Notes: a model not told the origin generated them from the sequence alone. Positions 12,105 through 24,695 are shown, numbered from the stretch's first letter. The stretch is DNA of 64,000 nt from Callorhinchus milii (GCF_018977255.1 NW_024704742.1:20338001-20402000); one strand, 5' to 3'. A program made the numbers and translations.

Positions 12105-12884
12105 TTTAATGAGTTGCAAACAAATCAATTAAGGTTTGCCAAACTGCTTCCTAAAGACGGTGCTTCTTCAACAAACCATTGCATTACTGAAGTTTTATTT
12201 TCAGCACAATTGCTCTTGCGACTGACGTGTTTTTTTCTCTCTCTCGAGTTAGTGAGCCACGAATAATTTCTGTTTATCGTAATTATTTCCAAATCTTGCA
12301 ACAAAAGCATAGTCACATTGCCACAAATAGTACCTCGTAATATTCTTGCATCTACCTCTGTGCTACTCTCACAATTTCTTCCTTAAATGAGCAAAGATAA
12401 AATTTTATGACTTGCAATCTTGATCCTTTCCAAAATCATCAGAAGAAATAGGCCAGCTGGGTTGGCAATTGAGGGAATAACAAGACATTTTAAGGGCATC
12501 ATATGCAGCACATATTGTTAATTGGGACTTTTCATGGTCAACTACATTTATTTTGATAACTTGATACAGTTCTCTAGCAATATGATGTTACTAAAAATAT
12601 TTCCCAATTTGCACTAACAGCCTTAAAACATGGTGTAAAAACAGTGAGTTTCAACACACGAACAGGCAGATCATCTGCCAAATTATTGCAGTAATACTTC
12701 TATTTAAATCTTTAAATACGCAGTTGCCACTCCATTTAAAGGCTAAATGTATCATGTGGCACAACTACTCTTCAAAATCTATCTAATTTATAAAGTATCG
12801 CAGCCTAACAGAATCTTCAAGAAAATACACAAATGACATGAGTTTCTGATATGAACCATGTCCAACTTCAGGACTTGGAATGCA

Positions 12885-13222
12885 TATGATCTATGCTGAC
12901 TCTCCAGTACAGTGTGCTGAATTATCGGAGATGCTGTCCTTCAGATGAGGCATTAAACCAAGGTCTCATCTGCCTGTTCACGTGCACATTAAAGATTCCA
13001 TGGCACTAGCCAAAAAGAGAAGGGAGTTTCTTCCGGTGTCCTGGCCAATAATCCTATATTCATTCCATGTTTATCGGTAATCGTTGTGCACATATCGGCT
13101 GCCACATTCACACATTCACTCACAAAATACACAGTCACTACATTTTATCGTAATTCCTTTGAAGTGCTTTGAGATATTTTGATGATGTGATAAGACGCTA
13201 TACCAAATGCAAGCACTATTAT
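12885..13222 (+). mobile_element. Deu-domain SINE
   Basis: gctgactctccagtacagt..ggagatgctgtccttcagatgaggcattaaaccaaggtctcatctgcctgttca.. plus L2-type tail. Confidence 0.8.
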
Positions 13223-14194
13223 TTGTGAGGTTACACTACAACAACAAGTTTCGCTGTCTTCATACCACAATGTTATAAATTAGGAAATTGAAAGACTTAT
13301 GTTTTGTGTGTGTGTGGAATCTTCCATCATCTACAGGAACAGTATGACAAATAAACCATTCTGTGCCATTTTCCTCTATGTGTGAATTCCAAATTGGAGG
13401 CACTGTACATGGATGACACTTATTTTTTCTCAGTAGTGTTTTCTACTAAGGTCAAAGCTTAGTACATCTGGGATAAACACGAGCATCAACCTGCATTCGC
13501 CATTCCACATTTTCCTCATTCTGAAGGTCCTTTGATTTTACCCATTTCCTCTGATGATTGAACACAATTTCTTAAGCGTGTTCTGAAGCTGAGAAGAATC
13601 AGAACAGTAGCTAAGACTAGCAATCTCCAACCTAGTGATGGCCTGAAAGTCTGCTGCGGGCACGTCAATACATTGATACCAGAATTTATAGAGTGTGATA
13701 TTCACATGTAAGCCTGTCTGTGAAGATCACACTGTTCAAACACTTCAAACGCATTGAAAATATAACACTGGTTTCCCAGTCTGGCAACGTTTAGATACTG
13801 CTGGGTTGTTTGCATCATGAATATCTGACAGAAACATCAATACTAACTTGTACTTATAGAGCAGTTTTAGGAGAATGCGTCAAAGTGCCCCAAGATGACA
13901 GAGTGGGAGCTTGAACAGGGTGGAAGATAGGAAGGGTAGCAGGTTGATGACCAAAGATGCAGTGAAAGAGAGAGGTTTTTCAAAGAATTTTGAAAGCGGA
14001 GAGGAAGGGTACAAGGCACAGGGATTTGGGGAGAGAGACCAGGGACAAAGTATCAGAAAGCTTGCCAGCCAATGGATGTAAAGAAGATCTGAGTTATCAA
14101 CTCGATTGAACTATTCACCGCCAAAATGACTTTAATTTCCAAATCAGATTTTGAGCTTCCCCAGAACATTCTCATGAGTAACCTCTTGTGCAGA

Positions 14195-14809
14195 ACAACA
14201 ACTTTAATTTACATATCGCCCTCCACGCAGGGTAGCGTCTCAGAGCGCTTAACAATGGTGGTGCCTGACTCCGAGCTGGAGGAGAGAGGGAGGTGACCAT
14301 AAGCATGGTCAAAAAGGAAGGTTTCCAGGCGGGATATGCTATTGGGTTATTGTGCAGACTGAGCACTTGGACAAGTATAAGCTAATGAAAGAGAGTCCGC
14401 CCATCCCGCTTTGAAACTTTGAAAAGTGCGCAAGGCAGAGGGATTGAGAGAGAGTATTCCAGGATTTTGGGGCGTAGTTGCTGAAAGCAACTTCGCCCCA
14501 AAATCCTGGAATGCTCTCCAATGATGGAGTCGAGGGTGCAAGGGACGAGCAGGAGGCCGGTGCCAGTCGAGTGGAAGTGCCAGGTGGTGGATTGGGGATT
14601 GAGGATGTCAAAGAGGTAGGGAGGTGCCATGAAATGAATGGATTTAAACACGAGTGTGAGGATCTTGAAGGGGCTCTGTTTGGTGATGGGAAGCCAGTGG
14701 AGCCTGGCCAGAACTGGTGATATGGGGGTACGGAGTTTGGTCTGGGTAAGTTCTGAATGAGCTGGATTTGAATAGTGGAGCTGGGGAGACCGGCAAGGAG
14801 TGCGTTTAG
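14195..14809 (-). mobile_element. Older L2 3' fragment carrying a templated insertion
   Basis: Tail aacaacaactttaatttacatatcgccctccacg; ORF track FKSIHFMAPPYL and AFSNYAPKSWNTL. Confidence 0.8.
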
Positions 14810-14842
14810 TAATTTAAATACCTATGGCATTTGGCATAAAAC

Positions 14843-15012
14843 TTATCAAGTGCCTTCTGGATGTCCATGGAGACAAGATCCATAGACACTCTCGTATCCA
14901 CCATGTTAGTGACCTCCTCAAAAACTTAAGTTAGATTCGCCAGACATGACCCACCTTTCACAAATCCATGCGGACTCTCTTTCATTAGTTTATACTTGTC
15001 CAAGTGCTCAGT
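14843..15012 (-). mobile_element. CR1 LINE internal RT fragment
   Basis: Minus strand encodes EHLDKYKLMKES.HGFVKG, followed by FEEVT-like and DIQKALDK-like words, the usual CR1 QHGF..KAFD region. Confidence 0.7.
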
Positions 15013-15109
15013 CTGCACAATAACCCATAACATATCTCAACTGTGGAGTAGCACAACTTCACCTAACAAACTTATCTAATAAAGATTTAATGATCTTTAT
15101 GCCAAATGC

Positions 15110-15195
15110 CACAGGGATTTAAATCTTCCACCTTATGGCCTATCTGACTCAGTTCTGCAATAGGTGGAGTCTTTACCCATTGGGCCATTGGAGAA
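15110..15195 (-). mobile_element. LF-SINE-like head fragment
   Basis: Minus strand tggcccaatgggtaaag..agaactgagtcagataggccataagg..tttaaatccctg resembles the LF-SINE 5' end. Confidence 0.4.
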
Positions 15196-15213
15196 ATGCT
15201 ACTTACTGCATTT

Positions 15214-15592
15214 AAGTCCTGTAGCTCAGTGGTAGAGCTCTTGCCTAGCAAACAGGAAGACCTGGGTTTGATTCCCAGGCAGGGAGAAATGTTGGGCAAG
15301 TTTCCTTGCTCCGCACTCCTCTGTTTACCAAGCAGTAAGCAGAAACCCAGTTGTTAGTCGATTGGTGGATCGCTTTCCGCGGGTAACAACAATCCCTTCA
15401 AAAATAAAAATAATAATAATTTGGTCACTTAATCCATGACTATTTGTGGGACACTGCCATGTGCAATTGGCTGCCGCGTTTCGCCCACAAAATATATAAT
15501 CAATTCACATTACTGTATATTTTGTGAAGCACTTTGAGACGTCTTGAAGACATGATAAGGCATTATATCAAATGCAATTATGATTATTATTA
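15214..15592 (+). mobile_element. Full-length tRNA-derived SINE
   Basis: agtcctgtagctcagtggtagagc..gggtttgattcccaggcag head; conserved tttgtgggaca..caattggctgccgcgtttcgcccacaaaa core; (tta)n tail. Confidence 0.9.
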
Positions 15593-16529
15593 AGTGACAT
15601 CAAGAATATAAAATTTGTCCCTCAAGCATCATAATTGCATTGTGAACTTGCATTCCTTTAAGCTATCTTTCCGTTGATCTCCCGCAACCTACATACAAAG
15701 CAGACACAATGCTAGAACTGGATAAGTTCATAGAAAACATGCCTGCAGAGATGGAGAATTAACACATTTTTGCATTATTTCACACTATTTGAAGTCTCAT
15801 CAACAATTTTCTATCCCATTTATTGTGGCTGTCTTTTTGCTTAGCATTTACAATGTTATCATTCAGTGTATCTAATAGAAATCCTGCTTCATGCACCACA
15901 TTACATCCATGCAAACCTCGGGCAGACAATGTTTACCATCATTCTTTAACTTGCAGTTCTGGCTCTCTTGCTGATGAAGCAGTAGATACTGAGCTACAAG
16001 AGTCAGAGAGTTGTCTGATATGAGAAGCTACGGTGCTTGAAACTGAGAGCTGATCACTTGCTCTCAGCAACCTGATCGTGCTTTCAGGCATGTACAGGGT
16101 TCACTATCTGACCAGGCATCTTATAGGGAGGGAGTGCTAAAGTGGCAGTTCACTGAAATGCAATAGAAGCACTACCCCACCACCAGCACCATATTTTTAT
16201 ATTTCGGATGATATTTTCTATTCTCCTTTTCTCTGGAACCATCTTAATTTTTTAAAGAAATCAACTCCATCCAAAAATAAACAGAAATGTTTCTCACAGA
16301 ATGTTGGACAGACATTAGGGCTGCAAAAATGCCCAATGTCTGTTGAAATGCTCAATGCTCAAATGTCAAAGAACAGTATTAATAGTACCTCGCTCTTTTG
16401 GACCTAAAGAGCATGTTTTGCAGGGAACCCTTTGTCGGTAAGGAGATCTTGGGTTGAAAACGTTTTCTCAAGTGTTAGCATGACTTACATGGGGTTCACT
16501 GCAGGAGATACCTGTTCTGGCCCTTGAAC

Positions 16530-16985
16530 AATTGCTATTCGCTCAGAAGGTTGCAGGTTCCAGCCCCATGTTGGGACTTGGTGACTTCACATAGTTTCAC
16601 CCACAAAATATACAGTCAATTCACTTTACAATATATTTTGTGAAGCACTTTGAGACGTCTCAAAGACATGATAAGGTGCTATATCAAATGCAACATTATT
16701 ATTATCGACTACTCTGACACTTCACTGTAGCCCTGAAGGTGTGTTGGAGGTGCCATTGTTCAGGTAGATGTTAAAGATCCCATGACACTATTTGAAAAGA
16801 GAAGAAAGTTCCTCCCGGTGTCCTGATTAAAAATCCCTTGGCTGTTTGCGGGACATTGCTGTGTTCAAATTGGCTGCTGCGTTCACCTACAAAATACACA
16901 GTGACTATGCTTTACAATGAAGCAACTTAAGACATCCTCCTGGGGTGAAACTCGCTGTGTCAAATGCAAGGAGTATTAGGATTAT
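16530..16985 (+). mobile_element. Deu-domain SINE with a nested SINE 3' fragment (~16595-16705)
   Basis: Head cagaaggttgcaggttccagcccc, inserted tail tttcacccacaaaatatacagtc..attattatt, then the Deu body resumes at ctgacacttcactgtag. Confidence 0.75.
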
Positions 16986-18280
16986 TTATTTTCCACTTCC
17001 AGTACTTTTTCAACCTCTCATAAAAATAGAACACTCATGGTCACATCATTCAAAAGCAACAAACAAAAGTGCTGAAGCTTCTCACGTGCAGGATGTCTCT
17101 GCGCAGCTCAGTAAGAACGAAAAGAGTTTCTGCCCTGAGGGCCTGTGAATGGAACAGATGTCTCAGTGTTCTTCAAAGTTGCTTCAGTTAATTTACTCAT
17201 GGCGTGTGAATCACTGAAAATCGGGAAATATTTGCATAAAGAATATTTCCACACTTAAGGCTTCGCGCAAAATTTATTTAGCACAGAGTTGTTTTAGCAG
17301 TAGGGGAATATCAACAACCCAATGTAATTTGTAAAACAAATAATATTTTAGACATGATCCTGTGTGAGTAGCATAAATTGAACGAGCTGGGAAAACAAAT
17401 CCTATTTAGACTATTTGAAGAATGATTGCTATTGATGCACTAACCTGAGATAATGAAAAAAGGAATACGATGAATTAAAAAAAATTAAGTTATATAAAAA
17501 AACTTACACGGAAGATATTCACATATGCAGTTCCCTGCAACAAACTTTTGTCATGCAGTGTTTGCTTTTTTTAAACAGAGGAATTCAACAGATATTTGAG
17601 AAAAAGGGTTTGGGGAGCGAGTAAGAAAATTGTATTAGATATTAATATAATTGTATTAGGTGGCACATGTGAAAAAAAGACCAGCACAGATCTGATGGGC
17701 TGAATTGGATTTTAGCCTAACCTAAGCATCAGTTATCCTGCAATCAGAAGAATTTCTGAAGATATTTTTTCTGTCTTACACTCCTGTGGCTTTCAATAAC
17801 TTACAAGAGGCATCATTTGCTTGGTCTGCTTTGAGTGACAGACATTGAATCAGGTTCAGAATTAAACTGCTAACATTAATCATAACAGCACAATTTATCA
17901 TCAGTCAGCTGAAGTAAAATATGCATAGTTTCCATCCATTTATGTAATGAACAGCTAACTACAAATTAGTTGAGATTCGAAGCAACCAAATATTCATGTT
18001 TGATCAGATGTTTCAGTGTATTAATTTTCAGGCAAGCAATCTAAAACCATATTTAATTACAAGATTAGACATTGAAATTTCGATATTTAGAATTATACTT
18101 GTAAGTGCTAAAAAATAATTTGTTCAGAAGCAACATTTTTGGGCAGTTTACTGATCAAAGTGCATAAATAACATTAAGGAACAAAACATCTCAAGTGGTT
18201 CATTACATTGCAACACCAGCAAACTACACTGGTAATATTACACACTTTCATCATTGATTTTTGATAATCATTGAAATCTC

Positions 18281-18523
18281 TGGCTCAGTTGCTGAGTGCT
18301 TCTGAGTCAGATGTCTATGGGTTGAAGTCCTAAATCTGAATTCATACTCTCGGCTGACACTCTAGGGCAGTGGTGTGGTATGCTGAATTGCTCTCCTTCA
18401 GATAAGACGTTAAACCAAGATCCCATCTGCCTGTTCAGGCAGACATTAAAGTTTCCATTGCACACCAGGAGGCATCCTCCTGGTGTGAAAGATGCTATAT
18501 CAAATTTAAGGATTATTATTATT
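18281..18523 (+). mobile_element. Internally deleted Deu-domain SINE flanked by a long direct repeat
   Basis: tggctcagttg..ctgagtcagatg..gggttgaagtcc head, ccttcagataagacgttaaaccaagatcccatctgcctgttcagg body, gctatatcaaatttaaggattatta tail. Confidence 0.8.
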
Positions 18524-21500
18524 AGTTGAGTGATCATAGGTGCATAAATTTCTTTAACTATCACTGAGGAACAAAATATCTGAAGAGGTTCATTATATTC
18601 CAACACCAGGAAACCTCACTGGAATCATCACAGGCTTTCATCAATTATTTTTGCTAATCATCTAAATCTCAAGAATGCATGTTACTTGGAACACTTTCAA
18701 ATCCTATGTGCATATATATTGTATTTCAAGGGGAAGGAAAGACCAAGGGGAGCAATTTCTGTGATAAATACTTCCCATAGCAATAGAAGAGAAAAATACA
18801 TTGGAAATATAGTACATTTCTGGGACCAACCGATTAGGGACCAAATTGCTTTGCTGATGTATGTATAGGGAGGTATATTTTTAGGAAGGTTTTGAAGTCA
18901 AGGAGTAAGACAGATTTGACGAGAGAACAGGGAAGAAGTTGCTGAAAGCCACTGATGGTGGAAAGGAGGAGGGAAAAGAGGTTAAAAAAAGGTTAAAGAA
19001 GAAAAAAGGTGGGTGTTAGAAGGACAAATAGAAGCGATTGCGATTAACTGTGTGGTGTTAAGAGGAGAAACCATGACAAATTATATTGTGAGAACGTTGG
19101 GACAGGTAGGAATATTAGCTCCAATAGCTCCAATGTGTATTGCTGCAGAAGTGGATCAGAGAGGAGAAACAATGGAGGAGTACACAACAAGCACTAGTGT
19201 CAAAAGCTGTGGTGATGTCAAGGTGGGTCAAAGGGCCCTGGTCACACACCAATAAAATGCTGTTATGTCTTTGACCAGGGCAGGCTCTGTGCTGTGGACA
19301 AGTCGAGTAAGATTGACAAATATTTCTTCACCTATATAGGATTGTGGAGAAGTGGGATGCTTTGCCTCAGAAGATTATGGATGCAAATTCAATTGGGATG
19401 TTTACATGGGAGATAGATAGACACATTGGAGATTGAGGGTTTCAGAGAATGAAGTGCTATGGAGAAAAAGTGAGGAAATGGGATTCCCATAGTAAATAAT
19501 TTATAGTTCAATAACAACAACAAATTGCACTTGTATAGCTCCCTTCACATCGGAAAGACTTTCTAGGGTGCTGGACGGTCAGAGTTTTTTGGACCCGAGC
19601 TGGGAGTTGGGTTAGTCACAGAGAGGAGTCTCCGTAGGCCTGTCAGCCCTCTAAGGATTAAATTGGTAACTGAAAATAAAACCTTTTAACAATCGAGATA
19701 AATATGTAACCGCTTAAAATTGTTACATTTCTAAAGCACAGTCGAGGGTACATTCTCGTTGCACTTAGAGAGAGAAGACACCACTTCTGACAACAACTTT
19801 GACCTGTGATACAAAAGCCAATATTATTAATTGGCACTCAGCACTTGAGACTCTGTCCACACTCCCGCCAACAGAACTGTCTTTCAAAACTTTAATAGGT
19901 GTAACCTGTAAACAGTGGTTACTATTTATGTTGCCTTTTCTCTGCATGTTTGGCAGCGATTCCCAGTGATTTTGGAGTCAATTTGCCATCAAATTTGAAG
20001 TATAAACAGGAACATGAGGAGTACAAAATACACTACAGTCCCACTCCAGATCGCTCACTCTCGCGAACCATGTGATTTGTACCCACATAATGTGGCAAGA
20101 GCTTCATAAATGTAAGGGGCACAATTTGCATTGAAATTGCCCTGCTGATGTCTTTTAGAATCTCTCTGGTGGAAACTATTGAGGAACACGCTTAATACTA
20201 TGAGAGAGTGGATTGCCCGATCTTTACTTAACATAAAAAATATAGAATTTTGGGGTTGTGCACGTGTAATCTCAGCACTGGAAACCGGAGAGTTGTCGAA
20301 CTCTGAAAATCCAACATGGTCATAAATCTTAGAGCAGGCTCAAATCTGCTGCAACCTCAGATACAGAAGCTAACTAACTTTGCAATCAAATGCTTCATAA
20401 AAAAGACTGACAATACTACAGCAGCATGCCAAGGCTACAATTGTATTCATACAATGTTGTTAAAAATTCTTGTTTTCCTTTACAATTTTCTTTCATTCCT
20501 CCTACCTGCTGTTCAGTGTTATAATTTTACAGATTGCCCACCCATAGGTGCAAACTTCAACGGGATCTAATTGGTAAAACTCGAGTTTCAGCTAGGGAGA
20601 TGTTCTGCTCTACAGGTAAAGGGGAGCAACCTTTACTAGGTACATATTTAATGGGAAAATCAGCCTCTTTATTTGAACTTTGAAATGATGCTCATGTTTA
20701 GTCTGGAGAGGTCTGTGAAGCAGCAGATTGCTTGGCCCTGCAATTTGTGAAGCATTTTGTTCTAAGCATCTACTTGTTCACCTCCCACAGTAAATTTTGA
20801 GTTTGGAAAGATTGTTTTATTAATGGTTCCACAGTTGCTAGTTTCCTCAGCATATTTCGAAGGGATAAAAACCTATTTTCATCAGCGTTTATTTAAAAGA
20901 AAGTATTGCATTTGCTTTTATTTTGACTCATTGCAATATACACGCATTTACTTCCAAAACCTCAAGTGGGATATTGCCACCTTATGGCTTTTGCGTTGTC
21001 ATAAATCTTCACTGTTTTCTTTAAACTGCAGGAGAAATCCCCTAAAGACCACTCCTTCATTGCTAATGGCTCACAGATTAGAAGTTGAACTTGCTGATAA
21101 ACTTCTTAAAAGGGGATTTTTGTATTAATAAGACTGTGGTTCCAGCTGCAATTCCAGTCTGACTAACTGATCTTGGGCTTTGCCATATATTTATTCCAAT
21201 ATTCCTTCTGTCAAAATTAAGTAAGCTTATGCTAATTATCTACAAGTCATGATGATAATAAACCCATTCAAACAGGAACTGTAAATGGTACAACAGAGGC
21301 TCCTGCCAAAAATGTACCATATTCACAAATCTACTTTGAAAAGTAAAGTAAGTGAATCTACTTAGCAAAGAAACCAAACCACTTTTAGCCACATTGTTCT
21401 CTGACCTTGTCTCACACCAAATGCAGCTGACAGTTATGTTTTGCCACCTCGCGCTTGATGTTTAAAACACACACTTTGCTGGTGCCCTCAGTTCCACTGT

Positions 21501-22655
21501 AGACAAATTCTAGCCGATACAAAATTCTGCAGCTCGTATCCTCACCTGAAACCACACTTTGTTTGCCCATCACTCCAATTCCTCGCCATGCTCCACTAGC
21601 TCCCTGTCTTTGAATGGATTGACTTCAAGGTCTTCACCCTTACATTACAAATCTATTCTTTACTAAAACTAACACCTTCCTACCTCACTGCCCTGTTTGT
21701 AGCCCACTCCTCTGTCCGCCACTTTGCTCAGCTAACTCTGCTGAGCATCCCCCGACCCCCGACCCCTCCGCAGGGTGCCCCCTGAAGGTACACCCCTGAC
21801 CTCCGAAACTCCCTGAGTGGGAGCTGAGGGGGTGGGGGTGGGAGAGATGGCCAGTTAAAAGAGAAACAGCTCTTCGGCATAAGTGACTAAGCTAATCTGT
21901 ATCAAGCAACATCCCATAAGCATCTCACAAAGAAATAAGCAGCCAATTAATTTGAATTTTGGTGGCTAAATTTGGATTAGGATAAGAACAAGAACCTAAG
22001 GACAAGAATACAAAAAAGGATAACTAGGAGAAACTTCCTTTGAACTAGCCAAGGCAGCTCAGCTCTTTACGTTCATCTCTCAGCGTCCAGCTGAATAATA
22101 AATAATAACAATTCTCATGTTACACTAACCTAGTCTGCAAAAGTGAATCACATTAAATAAGTATAACTATCTGTCACCTTCAGGAAGTAAGTTTGTATTC
22201 AGCATAGACTGATGAGACTGTTAGCTTTCTTACTGACAGACTATTGGCCTGAGTTTCTGGTCTCGTGCAGTGAGCAGATATGGAGTCGCTTCATTGTGAT
22301 GCATGACATGCACTCTGTTCCAAAGCACTATCTCAGATCCCCTGTTCCAGCAGAGCACACACAATTCAAGTCCAATTTTGATGGATTGTATGAAGAGTAA
22401 AGCTCCCTCTTCTCTGCTTTAACTATGTTTCACCTTAGCCTCAAACTTAAAGAAACACTTTCCACTTGCACCAATGTGAATTTTCCATTTCCCACGCCAG
22501 CCATAATGTGGCTCCTCTGAGTAAGATACCAATTTACTGCCGAAGCACAGTTTGGCCCTATAACCTTTATCTACCCTGAATAAAGTTCTGGAAATGAAGG
22601 GCGAGTATGCCGACCAACTACACTACTTTTACGCTGTCTGAAATGTTTTCAATTG

Positions 22656-23431
22656 CAATGGAATCCGCTTTTGCCGACCGCCGGTTAACCCCGGATGTTG
22701 GGTAAATCAAACAAAACGTCCGGCCCCGATTCATTTGTATTCTTATCCGTTTTAAATATGCCGGTTGATTTGGACAAAAAAAAATACAGTTAATCCAGGG
22801 AAAACGCCACACTGGTAGCCGCTGAATGTACTCACTCGGGCCTTCTGTGTGTCAAGTGGCTGCATTCAGCCATGAAGGGCTCTGGGATGTAGAAGGGAGG
22901 AGTCAAATTGTGATTGACAGCGGACTCCAGCCATTCACAAGTGGGCTGGAGTTGGGCTGTCCATCGGTTTGGGGGCGGAGGAATGGGGAAGAACGAGGGA
23001 GACAATGGGCGGAGTCAAATCACGACTGATTGACAGCTGAGTCGCTTGTGGTTGGGTGGAACCCAAACATTCCACGAAGCGGCTGCAGGCTGTCCATCAC
23101 CTCAACGCCGCGGCTAATTGGTCCCCTTCCCGTCCAATGGGAACAGCAATGTGTGGGAGGAAGCCCCACCCCACTCCCTCTGCTGGGTGAGAAGGTATTG
23201 CACTGTATTTTGTAGCAAATAAAAGGTAAATATATTTTACTGAATCCTGTGAGAGTATTTTAACTTTAACTGGTTAGTTAACATTGCTTCAAGTGAAACA
23301 ACGTTATTACGTATTATTATACGATGCCGCCGCAGATCCTCTGCTGGGCGGGAATGATATTTTGGTTAACCTCGGACACCTTTTAAATCGGACGAAATGT
23401 CCGTCCCTGATGTGTTAACCGGCTTCCACTG
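22656..23431. mobile_element. Non-autonomous Tc1/mariner (pogo/Tigger-like) DNA transposon
   Basis: Left end tg|CAATGGAATCCGCTT; right end reverse-complemented ta|CAGTGGAAGCCGGTT (12/15 match, TA target preserved on the right). Subterminal ggttaacc and aaa.gtccg.ccc motifs occur at both ends. Confidence 0.65.
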
Positions 23432-23469
23432 TATTTTTAAATGAAAACTTAGTTGAGATGTTTTAAGTA

Positions 23470-23645
23470 CAGTGAAACTCTGATAACTCATCACCCCAAG
23501 GGAAATAACTCAAATGACTACTTCCGAGAATTGACTAGTCATCCATAGTACAATATCTCGAAGTACAAACTCCTCAAATAGCCGGAATATTAAGCGAATG
23601 ACTAGTTATGTGTGGTTGATGACTTATCCCGGGGCGACTTATGTA
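23470..23645. mobile_element. Second, truncated Tigger-like MITE
   Basis: Starts ta|CAGTGAAACTCTGATAACTC; repeated gactagt/gacttat motifs; right TIR mostly deleted. Confidence 0.5.
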
Positions 23646-24354
23646 CATTTTTGGTCATTTTTATTTTAAGTGCAATTTTTTTNCAAAATCAGGTAATCGC
23701 TTTAAAAGGTTCTTAAAATTATTCCACAGTGAGATGCAACATATTTTGTCAATACTAGTTTCTTTTCTGGAAAACTTCAGATAATTTCCAAATAGAGCCA
23801 GTGGGAATTGGCAATGTCACTTCAAAGTTGCTTTCTTTTCTTTCTGTACATCAAACAGCAGGAGACCATGGGAGTCTGACTGGACATACAATAAACCTGC
23901 CTATTTTCAGGGGTAAATAGTCTGTCCTGGTTATCAGGGCTAAAATCAATAGCCCCCCGGACAGGATAGGGGCACAAAGAAACAAATTATGACATTTACA
24001 GTAACTGTATACTCAGGTTCTGGTTTCCCCCTCTCCCTCCTTGCTAACATAATAACACCCGTCAAAAGAAATGCATGAGAGTACTGATAGATATTGGAAA
24101 ATGTGAGCAGGGTTTTGATTGGCATTCTGCTAAACATCTGTCTTTCTCCCTGATGCTGTCTTTCAAAGGGAAATTGTTGGCTTTGCTATTGGCGTAGCTC
24201 ACTGCCAGAGTGTGTGGTGGAGTAAATCACTGAAGTTAAACTAATTCAGGTTGGAAAAGGTCATTGCAATTGCAAGCGAAATGACATGCGACTCTTGGTG
24301 AGCATACTTCCTTTCCCTTTGTGAAATGATGCCATCCCACTTTAATAAATGTGA

Positions 24355-24695
24355 TGTGCAGCCTCACTTATCTTATGGGTAAAGACATAATTTTGTACAG
24401 AACAAACCGTACAGACCAGAAGGTTGCGTGCAAAGGATTTCTGTTGTGTGCAAAAGATACTGAGCTCAGTACATGTGCAGCAATCGGCCTTAGCACCATT
24501 GGGAGAGCAAGATCAGTCAATGGTTTTCCCACTCCTGCTGTTGCTAGCCACCTGCTCTTGCTAAAAAGTATGTGGGTGTGAATATTGATCAGGATTGAGT
24601 GGCCATTTAGTCCTCTACGACTGAATAGTGAGGTGAGGTACAAGAGGATTGGAAACCAGAACACAGCAAGAGAAAATGCATCAGGAGATGGACAA
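24355..24695 (+). mobile_element. Decayed LF-SINE-like element
   Basis: ccgtacagaccagaaggtt..ctgagctcag..caatcggccttagcacc..cccactcctg..gtgggtgtg..caggattgag..gaatag..gtgaggtacaagagg..tcaggagatgga; homologous to 1995-2420. Confidence 0.6.

Noticed and set aside
15214..15290. tRNA gene
   Set aside because: The tRNA-like head lacks a proper acceptor stem and continues into a SINE body and tail; the same applies at 10830-10898 and 36353-36425.
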